NCBI GenBank assembly: GCA_963727485.1
Contig: CAVSGM010000001.1
Coordinates: forward strand, 608,001 to 672,000
DNA length: 64,000 bases
Origin: an uncultured delta proteobacterium
GTDB taxonomy: Bacteria; Myxococcota; Myxococcia; SLRQ01
Direction of reading: 5' to 3'
Shown here: piece by piece, positions 28,069 through 38,102 of the stretch
Layout: each line of letters begins with the position of its first letter
How positions within the stretch are numbered: position 1 is the stretch's first letter
Made by a program: the position numbers and the translations under genes
Notes under the pieces: model-generated
Seen by the model: the letters and a program-made list of their open reading frames with translations, nothing else
The model's database searches: none
What the model was told of the DNA's origin: nothing

Positions 28069-28974
28069 CAGCGCCTCATCCCCCTCGCGATCGCGTGCCT
28101 GGCCCTGGCGGTGTCGCCGGTGGCCCGCGCCGACGGCGGCGCCACGGCCGGCGCGAAGCAGCCGTCCACGATCGCCGCCCTCCTCGGCCACCTGAAGCTC
28201 CGCCGGGGCCTCGACGACAAGAACCTCCTGGCCAGACCCGCGGACCTGGCGGTCACCTGGCCGGGGACCGGCCCGCGACCTGGGCGGTCGACGGCGCCCT
28301 GTCGGCGACGGGCTGCGCCGTGTGCGCCGGCGCCGGGGTACAGCTCGAGCTCGGCGGGGGCGTCGAGTACCACCGGGACACCGAGCTCTCCGCCCCCAAG
28401 AACCTCTTCGCCGCCGGGCTGACCGCCGAGCTCTATCTGGGCCATCTCTCCGACGTCGTGAGCCACGACCTCAAGGCGAGCCTCGAGTACCACCGCGACG
28501 TCGTCGCCGACACCGGCAGCGCCGTCGCCTACCTCGACTACGTGCCCCTGGGGCCGCTGGCCATCGGCCGGGTGTGGCCCTCGCCGCGCTCGAGCGTGTT
28601 CTCCGTCCTCGCCCTGGAGTGGGCGCCGACCTTCAGCCTCGAGTGGGGCAACACCTTCGCCGGCGGGGACCGGCGGCCGCGGCCAGGTGCTCCGCGTGCG
28701 CCTCCAGGGCGAGCTGCGGGTCTACCTCGCGCCCAGGGCGCTGCGGGAGCAGCTCTTCCTCCACGTCTCCGCCGCCCTCCGCGACACGGTGGCGAGCAGC
28801 CAGCGCACCGAGCCCGCCGGCCACCGCTCGCATCTCCTCACCGCCGGGCTCACCGGCTACGTGGACGCGAAGCACCACGTGGCCCTCTCGCTCCAGTACC
28901 TCGACGGCGCCGACCCCCGCGAGGGCCAGGCGTCACAGCGCTACCTGCGCCTCACCTTGAGCCTCAAGCTCTGA
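28069..28974 (+). CDS. Secreted, probable outer-membrane beta-barrel protein (frameshifted; start uncertain)
   Basis: Signal peptide ending PVARA|D; amphipathic strands; C-terminus YLRLTLSLKL. Confidence 0.5.
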
Positions 28975-28991
28975 ATTCGGAGAACCGCGCG

Positions 28992-30467
28992 ATGCCCCGA
29001 CCGCGCACCCGCCCCAGCACGTCTTCGTCCTCATGCTGGAGAACCGGTCGTTCGATCACCTCTTCGGGTTCTCCGGCCTCACCGGCACCGACGCCGAGAC
29101 CGGCGCGCCCACCCGGATCGACGGCCTCACCGGTGCCGAGGCCAACGTGTTCCAGGGCAAGAGCTACCCGGTGCAGCGCGTCGCCGACTACGTGATGCCC
29201 GTCGACCCCCAGCACGAGTTCGAGAGCGTGCTCGACCAGCTCTGCGGCCCCGGCGTGGCCTACGCGCCGCCGTACCCGCCCATTGACGGCTCGGGGTTCG
29301 TCGGACTCGTATGCCCACTCCGGCGGCGGCCGGTGATCCGGGCGAAATGATGAAGTGCTTCGACACCGCGCGCCAGCTCCCAGTGCTCTTCGCCCTGGCG
29401 CAGACCTACGCCCTCTGCGACGCGCTGGCACGCGTCGATGCCGGGGCCGACCATCCCAACCGGCTGTTCGTTCATGGCGCCTCCGCCGCGGGCCTCGACC
29501 ACAGCCCCAGCGTGCCCGAGCTCGTGGAATGGGAGACCACCGGCCTCGAGCTTCTCCACGGGACCCTCTTCGACCGGGGACCGAGGCGGGCCGGCACTTC
29601 CGCATCTACGCCGGTGAGCGCCTTCCCGCTGGTGGCCACGCTCAAGGGCATCAGCGCCCTGCGGGTCCACGACGTGAACGAGCTCGCCGCGGACCTGAAG
29701 GACCCCGCCTTCCCCGCCGACTACGTGTTCATCGAGCCCAGCTACCACATCGCCCCGGGCTACCGGGGCGGTAGCAGCATGCACCCCCTCGCCGACGTGC
29801 GCGACGGCGAGCGCCTGGTGAAGCTGGTCTACGAGGCGGTGCGCGGTTCGGCCCACTGGGAAGACTCGGTGCTCGTCGTCACCTGGGACGAGCACGGCGG
29901 GTTCTATAATCACGTGGGGCCCCCGCCAGCGCCGTGCCCCCGCCGACGGCAGCGCCACCTCGCCGCTGAACCAGCACGGGTTCTCCTTCGCGCGGTACGG
30001 GGTGCGGGTGCCGGCGGTGGTCGTCTCGCCGCGCATCCAGCGGAGCACCATCGACCACCGCCTCTACGACCACGCCTCGATGGCCGCGGACCCTCGGGAG
30101 CTCTTCGGCCTCAAGCCGCTGACCAACCGCGATGCCGCGGCGCAGAGTCTCCTGCCGCTGCCTCGCCCCGGGCACGACCCGGTCGCGGATTATCCCGCCG
30201 AGCCGCCCCGCACGACCGGCTGCGCCGGTGCCCCGGGGGTTCACGGCCACGGGCGCCACGCGGACGAGGCGCGGTGGCCCGGCCCGACGAATCCCGTCGA
30301 ACGACGGCGCGCTGCCGGCGTTCGTCCACGTGGCGCTGCGTCAGCACCTCGAGCGGGAGCCGCAGCAGGTCGACGCCCACCTGTCCCGGGTCGAGAGCTC
30401 GAGACGCGCGGCGACGCCCAGGCCTACCTCAGGACGCCCAGGCGCGGCTCGGGACGGGAGCAGGTGA
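28992..30467 (+). CDS. Phosphoesterase (phospholipase C/acid phosphatase family), frameshifted
   Basis: HVFVLMLENRSFDHLFG, PNRLFVH, FIEPSY, SMHP, VTWDEHGGFYNHV, YGVRVPAVVVSP, YDHAS. Confidence 0.85.
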
Positions 30468-31956
30468 GCGGCGCCGCGCCCCGAGGGAGCCCGCCGCCTC
30501 GCCCTGGCGCTGTTCGGCCTGGTCCTCGGCGTCTACCTCCTGGGCTACCGGGGCCCGACCGCCGGCGACGACCTCATCCACCTCCAGGCCTGCGACGCGC
30601 TGGTCACCCGCGGCACCCTGGGCTTCCCGGTGAGCGAGTACGACCCGGCGCGCCGGCCGCTCCTCCGGATGTTCTTCCGCCGCGGGGTGAACGGCGAGGT
30701 GTACGGGGCGCTGCCGCCTGGGCTGCCGGTGATCTCGGCGCCGCTCTGCGCCGCCGCGCGGTGGCTCGCCGGACCCGCCGCCGGTGCCCTCGTGGGCGCG
30801 GCGCGCTTCGGCGGTCACCCGGAGGTGTCGCTGGCGCGCCTGCGCACTAATCCCCTGGCCTTTGCCGCGGGCCTGGTCAACCCGCTCGCCTGCGCCGCGG
30901 TGGTCCTCCTCTTCTTCCTCGCCGGCCTCGACGCCGGCGCCGAATCCGAGGTGGGCGGCGACGGCGGCCCTGGCCCTCGGCCTCGGCACCTTCCTCTGGG
31001 TCTACGCGGAGAGCTACTGGACCGAGCCGCTGTGCCTCCTGGCCCTCTTCGCTGGTCTGCTCGCCCTGCGCCGGGACGCCGAGGGGACCGGATCGACGGC
31101 CCTGGGGATCCTCGGCGGAGCGCTCCTCGGGGCCGCCGCCCTCTTCCGCTACGAGGCGTCGGCCATCGGGGCGGTGCTCCTTGCCGTCGCCTGCGTCCGC
31201 CTCGCCCGGCGCCGGGGCCCGCGGGCGCTGGTGGGCCCGCTCTCGGGGTGGGCCGCGGGCATCGCGGTCCTCGCGGGGTGGAACTGGCACCGCTTTGGCA
31301 ACGCATTGGTCACCGGCAACCCCCACGGCCACCTCCGCACCCTCGTCGGAGGTCACGTCCTCGGGCGCCTGGCCTTCAGCATTCCGGCGAACCTGGCGAG
31401 CCCCGAGCAGGGCCTCCTTGTCTTCGCCCCGCCGGTGGCGGTGGCCCTGTGGATCACCGCCCGCGCCTGGCGCCGCCTCGATGTCTGGGAGCGCACGGGG
31501 ATCCTGTTCTCCGCCGGTCTCCTCGTCTTCTACAGCGCCTTCGTCCTCTGGCAGACCGATGACGCCTGGGGCCCGCGGTTCCTGGTGCTGGTGCTCCCCT
31601 TCGTGCTCCTGCCGGTGCTGCGCCACGGCAGCCGCGCCGCGCGCCGGTGGTTCGTGGGCGCGGCAATCCTCGGCGCCGCGGTCCAGGTCGCCGGGGTGCT
31701 CACGGTGATCACCAACGCGACCATCATGTGGCTCATGGACTGGCCGCAGCAGACGCGCCTGGGCTGGTTCTTCCGCTCGGAGATCCTCAAGGCCTGGGCC
31801 CGCCTCGCCCACCACGGAGTGGACGCCTTCTGGTGGTCCCGGTCGCCGGGGGGCCTGGTGGCGGCGGCGGTGCTCGGAGCGACGGCCCTCGGCGCCGCCA
31901 TGGCTCTTTTCACCGCCCTCCGGCGCCCGGCGACCGCCTCCCCCGCAGCGCGCTGA
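30464..31956 (+). CDS. Polytopic membrane protein, GT-C/ArnT-PMT-like glycosyltransferase (frameshifted)
   Basis: Many TM helices; YAESYWTEP, WNWHRFG, GLLVFAP and AWGPRFL motifs. Confidence 0.6.
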
Positions 31957-32352
31957 TCCCCAGCATTCCCCCGAGATCACCGCCAGCGCCCCGAAGGTCA
32001 GCGTCAGCCCGTACGCCCGGTCACCGTATCGAGGACCGCCCGCTGGGGCGCCTCGGGATCCACCGCCACCGGCACCAGGTCGCCTCGCGCCAGCCCGCTC
32101 GGCCCCGAGGTAATCGAGGGATCCCCCGCCCGGGTGGTGAACTGGTGGCTCGCACCGCCGACCCGGTAGCGGATGGTGAACGCCTCGCCGTCGCCCCCCC
32201 GGCCGGCGAGGACCCGGTGCACCGCGACCACCTCCCCGGTGCGGTGGACGAAGCCGCTGGTGCGCGCGTGCTCCCAGGCGAAGGCGCCGACGCAGGTCAC
32301 CAGCAGGAGGATCGCGGTGCGGATCATCGCCGCGCGGGGGACGGAGCTTCAT
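31950..32352 (-). CDS. DUF3592-like small membrane protein (frameshifted; ends approximate)
   Basis: TM helix, then TGEVVAV...IRYRVGG...GDLVPVAVDPEAPQRAVLD, then a second TM helix. Confidence 0.6.
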
Positions 32353-32388
32353 CGTTCGCATCCTCTCCGGCCGCCCGCCAGCGGCGCC

Positions 32389-32770
32389 TCAGCCAGCCCT
32401 GGTTCGCAGGTAGGCGAGGACCGCCGGCCAGTCCGGGAAGGCCTCCGACTTGAAGTGGATGTGCTCGCCATTGAACCGACCGACGCCATTCTTCGTCCGA
32501 TCGTCCACCTGGAAGTCGCCCCGGTTCAACTCCTTGTGGTGGGTGAGGAGCCTGTCGGACCAGGCGGTCGGGTTCTCCCACGGCGAGGTGGACAGGATGT
32601 AGGTGTCGAAGCGCCCGCAGAGCTCGGCGTAGGCCTCGAGGGCGCCGGGCATCGGGTCCATCTGGGAGAAGATGTCGGGCACCTCGTCGAGGCGGCCCTC
32701 GAACTTCGTTCGAGTCGCCTCCGTGAGGTGGGTGACGCCGGCCTTGAGGTCGACGAGCACGTTGTCCGTT
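32389..32770 (-). pseudogene. 5'(3')-deoxyribonucleotidase (NT5C, HAD) remnant
   Basis: DNVLVDL, IFSQMDPMPGALEA, YILSTSPWENP, HKELNRGDF.VDDR and FPDW are present; no clear start, first Asp of DxD missing, apparent internal deletion. Confidence 0.65.
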
Positions 32771-32834
32771 CCAACCCCGACGCTACGGCGGGGGTGGTGG
32801 CTCGGGGACCGGGCCCTGGTGAACGAGCGCTGGC

Positions 32835-33111
32835 TCAGCCCTCCCACCGGCTCGCAGGGATCCGCTGGAGGTGGATGTGGCTCGCCAGGCGGATGGTCGG
32901 GCGGATGAGGAGCTGGAAGCTGCCGAGGATGAACAGCCAGGTCCCGGCCCCGGCCAGCTTCGGGTAGAGGAAGAGCACGCTGCCAATGAGGACCACAGCG
33001 CCACCAGGAAGTCGTTGGCGATGCTGGCGACCTCGTAGCGCCGACGATGACAATCTCGTCGTGGCCGATGGTGAGGGTGATGGGGTTGTCGAGCTGGTTG
33101 CCTTCCGTCAT
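32835..33111 (-). CDS. YrhK-like membrane protein (two frameshifts)
   Basis: RRRYEVASIANDFLVALW / LIGSVLFL...GTWLFILGSFQLLIRPTIRL. Confidence 0.75.
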
Positions 33112-33189
33112 CTGGCGCTCCGGGGGTGGGGTGAGGGGTCCTGACGCCGGTCAGTGAGTCGGATGCGGGTTTGGAGTTAGGATGAATCA

Positions 33190-34164
33190 ATGCCCAAGGA
33201 CAGCACCCGGCGACTCCTCGACGTGGTCCTCACCCTGAGCACCGTCGGCGAGGTGGTCTCCCTCGACGCCCTGCGCCAGCGCTTCCCCGAGTACGATACC
33301 GCCGACCCCGAGGCCGGGCGCCGGACCTTCGAGCGGGACAAGGATCGGCTCCGGGAGCTGGGGCTGGTCCTCGAGCACGACGACGACGCCGGGGGCTACC
33401 GCCTCGATCCGAGGGCCTCGTTCCTCGCCCGGCCGGTGCCGCTGGCCGCCGGGGATCGGACCCTGCTCCTGGCCCTCGCCGAGGACGCCCTGGCGTCCCC
33501 GGGCTTTCCCTTCCCCGAGGCGCTGACCCTGGCCCTGGCCAAGATCGGTGGGGGCGCCGAGGGGCCGCGGCGTCTGCTGGTCCACCACCCGCTCCGGGAC
33601 GATCCCGAGGCGGTGGACGGGCACCTGGCGCGGCTGGACCTGGCGCTGGCCCGGCGCAAGCGCCTTCAGATGGTCTACCGGCCGGTGGGGCGCGAGGCGG
33701 GGAAGCGCACGGTGGAGCCCTATGGCCTCTTCCTCTCCGGCGGCCACTGGTACCTCTGCGGCCGGGACGTCGACCAGGATGCCATCCGCGTCTACCGCCT
33801 CTCGCGCCTCGAGCACCTCGCGGGCGAGGACCGGGCGCCGAAGTCGCCCGACTTCGAGGTCCCCGCGGACTTCCAGCTGCGCCATTACACGGGCCTCGAC
33901 CCGGTGCACTTCCACCTCCACGAGGCGATCACGGTCACGGTGCAGGTCGACGAGGAGGTCACCCACCTGGCCCGGCGCCTCTGGGGGCCGCCGGTGGACG
34001 GGGAGGCGACCCGGTTCACCTTCGAGACCACCAACGCCGACGCGGTGGTCGACCAGGTGCTCGAGCTCGGGCGCCGGGCGGAGATCCTCGCGCCCGATGC
34101 CGTGCGCGCCCGGATGGCCGAGGCCCTGACCGCGATCCTCGATGCGCACGGGGGGGAGCGATGA
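33190..34164 (+). CDS. WYL-domain transcription factor, PafB-like (wHTH-WYL-WCX)
   Basis: RRTFERDKDRLRELG (PafB-type HTH), RTVEPYGL...WYLCGRD...RVYRLSRL, C-terminal AEILAPDAVR. Confidence 0.9.
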   Translation: MPKDSTRRLLDVVLTLSTVGEVVSLDALRQRFPEYDTADPEAGRRTFERDKDRLRELGLVLEHDDDAGGYRLDPRASFLARPVPLAAGDRTLLLALAEDALASPGFPFPEALTLALAKIGGGAEGPRRLLVHHPLRDDPEAVDGHLARLDLALARRKRLQMVYRPVGREAGKRTVEPYGLFLSGGHWYLCGRDVDQDAIRVYRLSRLEHLAGEDRAPKSPDFEVPADFQLRHYTGLDPVHFHLHEAITVTVQVDEEVTHLARRLWGPPVDGEATRFTFETTNADAVVDQVLELGRRAEILAPDAVRARMAEALTAILDAHGGER

Positions 34165-35057
34165 CGCGACCGAGGTGGGCCTCGATCCAGGCGGCGCTGC
34201 TCCTGGTCGCCGACGACGACGCCCGGGGCCCGGGGGTGCCGGTGGCCGAGCTCTCGCGCCTGCTGGGGCTGCCGCCGCGGGGCGTGACCCGGTGGGTCGA
34301 GCGCCTCGCCGGCGCCGGCGATCCCACCGGCGACCCGGGCGACCTGCTCGACGTGGAGGTCGAGGACGGCCGGGTGCGGGTGCACATGGGCCCCTGGCTC
34401 CGCGGCCCCCTGCGGCTCACCACCCCCGAGGTGGTGGCGCTCCTGGTGGTCCTCCGCCAGGCGCCGACCGAGGGGGCCGACGACGCCCTCGCCGCCCGGG
34501 TCTTGGCCCTCCGCCAGCGCCTCCTCGCCCTCGCCGCCGAGGGCGCCGGCACCGTCGCCGAGGATCTCGGCGAGCGCATCGCCGTCGACGCCGGGGGCGA
34601 GGCGCCGGCCCACCTCGCCGCCCTGCGCGCCGCGGTGGAGGGCCACCGGGTGGTCGAGCTCGCCTACTACAGCGCCTCCGCCGACCAGGTGCGCCAGTGG
34701 CCGATCAAGCCCTGCGCCCTGGTCCAGCACGGCGGCACCTGGTACGTGGTCACCGACCGGGGGTGGTCCCTGCGCCTCTCGCGCATCCGCCACCTCGCCG
34801 AGACCGGCGAGACCTTCGAGCCTCCGGCGGACCTCGACCTCGGGCGGTGGCGCCAGGACGTGATGTTCCACGGTGAGGACCTGGAGCCGGTGGTCCTGCA
34901 GACGCCCCGGGGCCGCCGGGAGATGCCCACCGCCAGCCGCACCCAGCTCGCCGCCTGGGTGCGCCGCCACCGGGGCGCGGTGCGGGTGGTGGAGCCCGAC
35001 GACCTGCGGCAGTCCATCGCCGAGGAGGCCCGAGCGCTCCTCGCGCGCTACCTGTGA
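34161..35057 (+). CDS. WYL-domain transcription factor, PafC-like
   Basis: ATGA overlap with the upstream WYL gene; GVPVAELSRLLG, PLRLTTPEVVAL, YYSAS, WYVV, LRLSRI, VRVVEPDDLR. Confidence 0.85.
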   Translation: MTRPRWASIQAALLLVADDDARGPGVPVAELSRLLGLPPRGVTRWVERLAGAGDPTGDPGDLLDVEVEDGRVRVHMGPWLRGPLRLTTPEVVALLVVLRQAPTEGADDALAARVLALRQRLLALAAEGAGTVAEDLGERIAVDAGGEAPAHLAALRAAVEGHRVVELAYYSASADQVRQWPIKPCALVQHGGTWYVVTDRGWSLRLSRIRHLAETGETFEPPADLDLGRWRQDVMFHGEDLEPVVLQTPRGRREMPTASRTQLAAWVRRHRGAVRVVEPDDLRQSIAEEARALLARYL

Positions 35058-35100
35058 GCGCCCGCCGCGTCCGGATCCGACACACCCTCGAGACATACTG

Positions 35101-35463
35101 ATGCCCATGGTCGCCCCCCGCACCTCCGCCACCCACCCCCTGCGGGTGGACTGGCTGCGCACCCCGGGCCCCGAGCGCCTGGGCCTGACCCTGGCGCCGG
35201 GCAGGCAGGGCGGCACGGTCTACGGCGACGCCCCCGGGCGCCGGGACCTCGACGAGGACCTCGACCGGCTGGTGCACCACTACCGGGTGGCGCGGCTGGT
35301 GAGCCTCGTCCCGGACCGGGAGCTGGCGCAGTACCGCATCCCCCGCCTCCTCGACGCCGCCCTCGCCGAGCTCGCCGAGGTCCGCTCCCCCAACTGCCCG
35401 GAGAACGACCGCCAGCGCGCCTTCATCCGCCACTGGGCGCGGCGCCCGGAGACGGGGCGATGA
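35101..35463 (+). CDS. CDKN3/dual-specificity phosphatase-like protein lacking the catalytic core (start 35101 or 35107)
   Basis: RTSATHPLRVDW, LGLTLAPGRQ, RDLDEDLDRL, LVSLV and C-terminal ENDRQRAFI are present; no HCxxGxGR. Confidence 0.65.
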   Translation: MPMVAPRTSATHPLRVDWLRTPGPERLGLTLAPGRQGGTVYGDAPGRRDLDEDLDRLVHHYRVARLVSLVPDRELAQYRIPRLLDAALAELAEVRSPNCPENDRQRAFIRHWARRPETGR

Positions 35464-36456
35464 CGGGACGGGCAGACGACGCGGTCGCCGGCGCCGGGCG
35501 TCCCGCGCCGGACCGGGCCGCCCGGATCACCGGCGCCGTCCTCGGGGGCGCCATCGGCGACGCCCTCGGCGCGCCGGTGGAGTTCCTCGGCAGTGTCGAC
35601 GCGATCCGCCGGGCGTTCCCCCCGGACGGCATCACCGGCTTCGTCCACTGGGGCCACGGCGTCGGCGGCCTCGACCGCTACGGCACCTACACCGACGACA
35701 CCCAGATGTCCGAGGTGGTCCTCCGCGCCCTCCTCGACGCCCGGGACGAAGGCGACGACCTCGCCGCCACCATGCAGCGCCTCGCCGACGGGATTCGTCG
35801 CCTGGGCCGACGCGCCCCTCGGGGGCCACCGGGCCCCGGGGCGCGCCTGCCTCGCCGGGTGCCACCGCCTGGGGGCCGGCGTCCCCTGGCACCAGGCCGG
35901 GGGCCCCGACGCCGGGGGCTGCGGCTCGGTGATGCGGGTCCACCCCTTCGGCCTGGTCTTCGCCGACGATCCCGAGCAGGCCGAGGAGTGGGCGGTGTCC
36001 CACTCGCGCCTCACCCACCGGGCGCCCATCGCCTTCGCCGCCTGCGCCGGCATGACCGCCGCCGTCGCCGCCCTGGTCCGGGGCGAGCGCGCCGACGCGG
36101 CCCTCGGCGCCATGGTCGACGCCGCCGGGCGCTACGACCGGGGCACCGCGGGCATGATCGCCGAGGCCCTCGACGACGCCCGGGCCGGCGCGGAGCCCGG
36201 GGTGGTGCTCCGCCGGCTCCAGGGCTGGGCGGCCCACGAGGCCGTCGCCGCCGCCGCCTATCTGTTTGCCCGGCACCCCGGCGACGCCCGGGCCTGCCTC
36301 CTCGAGGGTGCCAACAGCCCTGGCGACAGCGACTCCCTGGCGAGCATGGCCGGGGTCCTCTCCGGCGCACACCTGGGCGTCGGGGCCTTCCCCGCCGAGT
36401 GGGTCGCCGAGGTCGAGCGGTCCGAGGCGCTCAGGGCGCTGGCGGGGCGGGTGTAG
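35460..36456 (+). CDS. ADP-ribosylglycohydrolase (DraG/ARH family), frameshift near 35790
   Basis: GGAIGDALGAPVEF, YTDDTQM, GCGSVMR, SRLTH and GDSDSLASMAG. Confidence 0.92.
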
Positions 36457-36637
36457 CCGCGCGGCCGCCCGGTTCGAGGAAGCCCGCCTCGAAGCCCCAC
36501 GCCCGCGCCGTCTCGGTGAAGTAAGGGCGGATCCCTCGGCGTTGCCGGGATGTCACTTGCCCACCGGGGGGCCGGCCCGTATCCAGGGCCCCGCAGCCGG
36601 CGGGCCGATCCCCACGCCCGCCGCCCCGGAGGTGCCC

Positions 36638-37938
36638 GTGCGCTACATCCTGCTCGTCCTCGCGTTGGGTCTGGTGGTCCCCGGCTGCGACTGCGGGGGC
36701 ACCGCGCTCCAGCACACCGACCCCTGCCTCACCGACCCGGCGTCCTGCCCCGCCGACGCGGGGACCCCGCCCCCGGTGGTCGACGCCGGGACCCCGCCGC
36801 CCCCGGTGGACGCGGGCACGCCGCCCGCCGCCGCCGCCGCCCCCGCCGCCGGTGGATGGCGGCACCCCCGACGCCGGCCCGCCGCCTCCGCCCCCGCCGC
36901 CGACCTGCACCTACGGCGCGGTCACCGGCCGGGTCTGCGCCACCGACCAGCAGACCTGGGTGGGCGGCGCCACCGTCACCCTCGACGCCACCGACTGCAA
37001 CGGCAACCCGGTGCACCGCACCACCACCTCCGCCGCCGACGGCAGCTTCCAGCTCCTCGCCGTCCCCGCCGGGAGCTGGACCGTCCACGCCGCCCTCGGC
37101 GCCTTCCAGCAGGACACCCCGGTCACGGTGAGCGCGGGCCTGACCACCCAGATCCCCGACAACCAGCTCTGCGTCGCCCAGAAGACGGTGAAGATCGCGG
37201 TGATCACCGGCTCTGGCGACAAGATTGAGAACCTCCTCGACACCCTCAAGCTCACCTACACGATCTACGGCGGCACCAGCACCACCTACGCCAGCCAGGC
37301 CGAGCCCTTCCTCGAGAACCTCAAGGAGATGGAGCAGTACGACCTCATCTTCGTGGACTGCGCCGCGGCGCGCTCGAGCGGCAAGGAGGACTTCGGGTCC
37401 AACGCGTCGCTCATCGAGCAGAACCTGAAGCAGTACGTGGCCGACGGCGGGTCCATCTACGCCTCGGACTGGGCGCTGCTCTTCACCGTCTACGCCCACC
37501 CCGGCGACTTCGACTACCTCACCAGCACCGGCTCCCCCGTGGCCGACCCCCAGGCGACCAACCAGCTTCATGGGCTACGCGCCCCAGACGGTGACCGCGG
37601 ACATCGCCGACCCGGGCCTCGCCGCCTTCGTGGGCAAGCAGCAGGTCTCCATCGCCTTCCCCCGGGGGGGTGGGGTCTCCAGCCTCCACTGGGGCCTGAT
37701 GCAGACCGTGGACCCCAAGGCCAAGGTCCTGGTGAGCGCCCGGTCCCTGACCACCTGCGACGGGACCTCGAGCTGCGGCGCCGGGCCCACCGCCAGAAAC
37801 GTGCCCCTCGCGGTCGAGTACAAGGTGACCCCCGCCGACCAGAAGGGCGGCGACATCATCTACACCTCGTTCCACAACATCGCCCAGACCGGGCCCGACG
37901 TGGCGCAGATCCTAAAGTACATCGTGCTCCACCTCTAG
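36638..37938 (+). CDS. Myxobacterial lipoprotein with DAGTPPP repeats and carboxypeptidase-regulatory-like domain (two frameshifts)
   Basis: GGAGG then GTG; signal ending PG|CDC; VTGRVC...GATV...DGSFQL..VPAG; YVADGGSIYASDWA; IIYTSFHN. Confidence 0.7.
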
Positions 37939-38102
37939 GAGTCCGGTGGGGGCGCCGCAGCGCCGGCCGCGGGGTTTCTCGACCCGGGGCGGGGCATCGT
38001 CCCGCGGGCACGGTATACTCGCCCAGGTTGGCGTGCTGGGCGCCGGAGGGTGATTGCTCGACCCGACCCTCCGCCACGCCCCTGGCCGGGAAGGAGCGCG
38101 GG

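Noticed and set aside
36552..36575. Further TGTCAC / GTCACACCC hits (here and near 14900) as PafBC-like promoters
   Set aside because: No TAnnnT-like element at the 10-nt spacing
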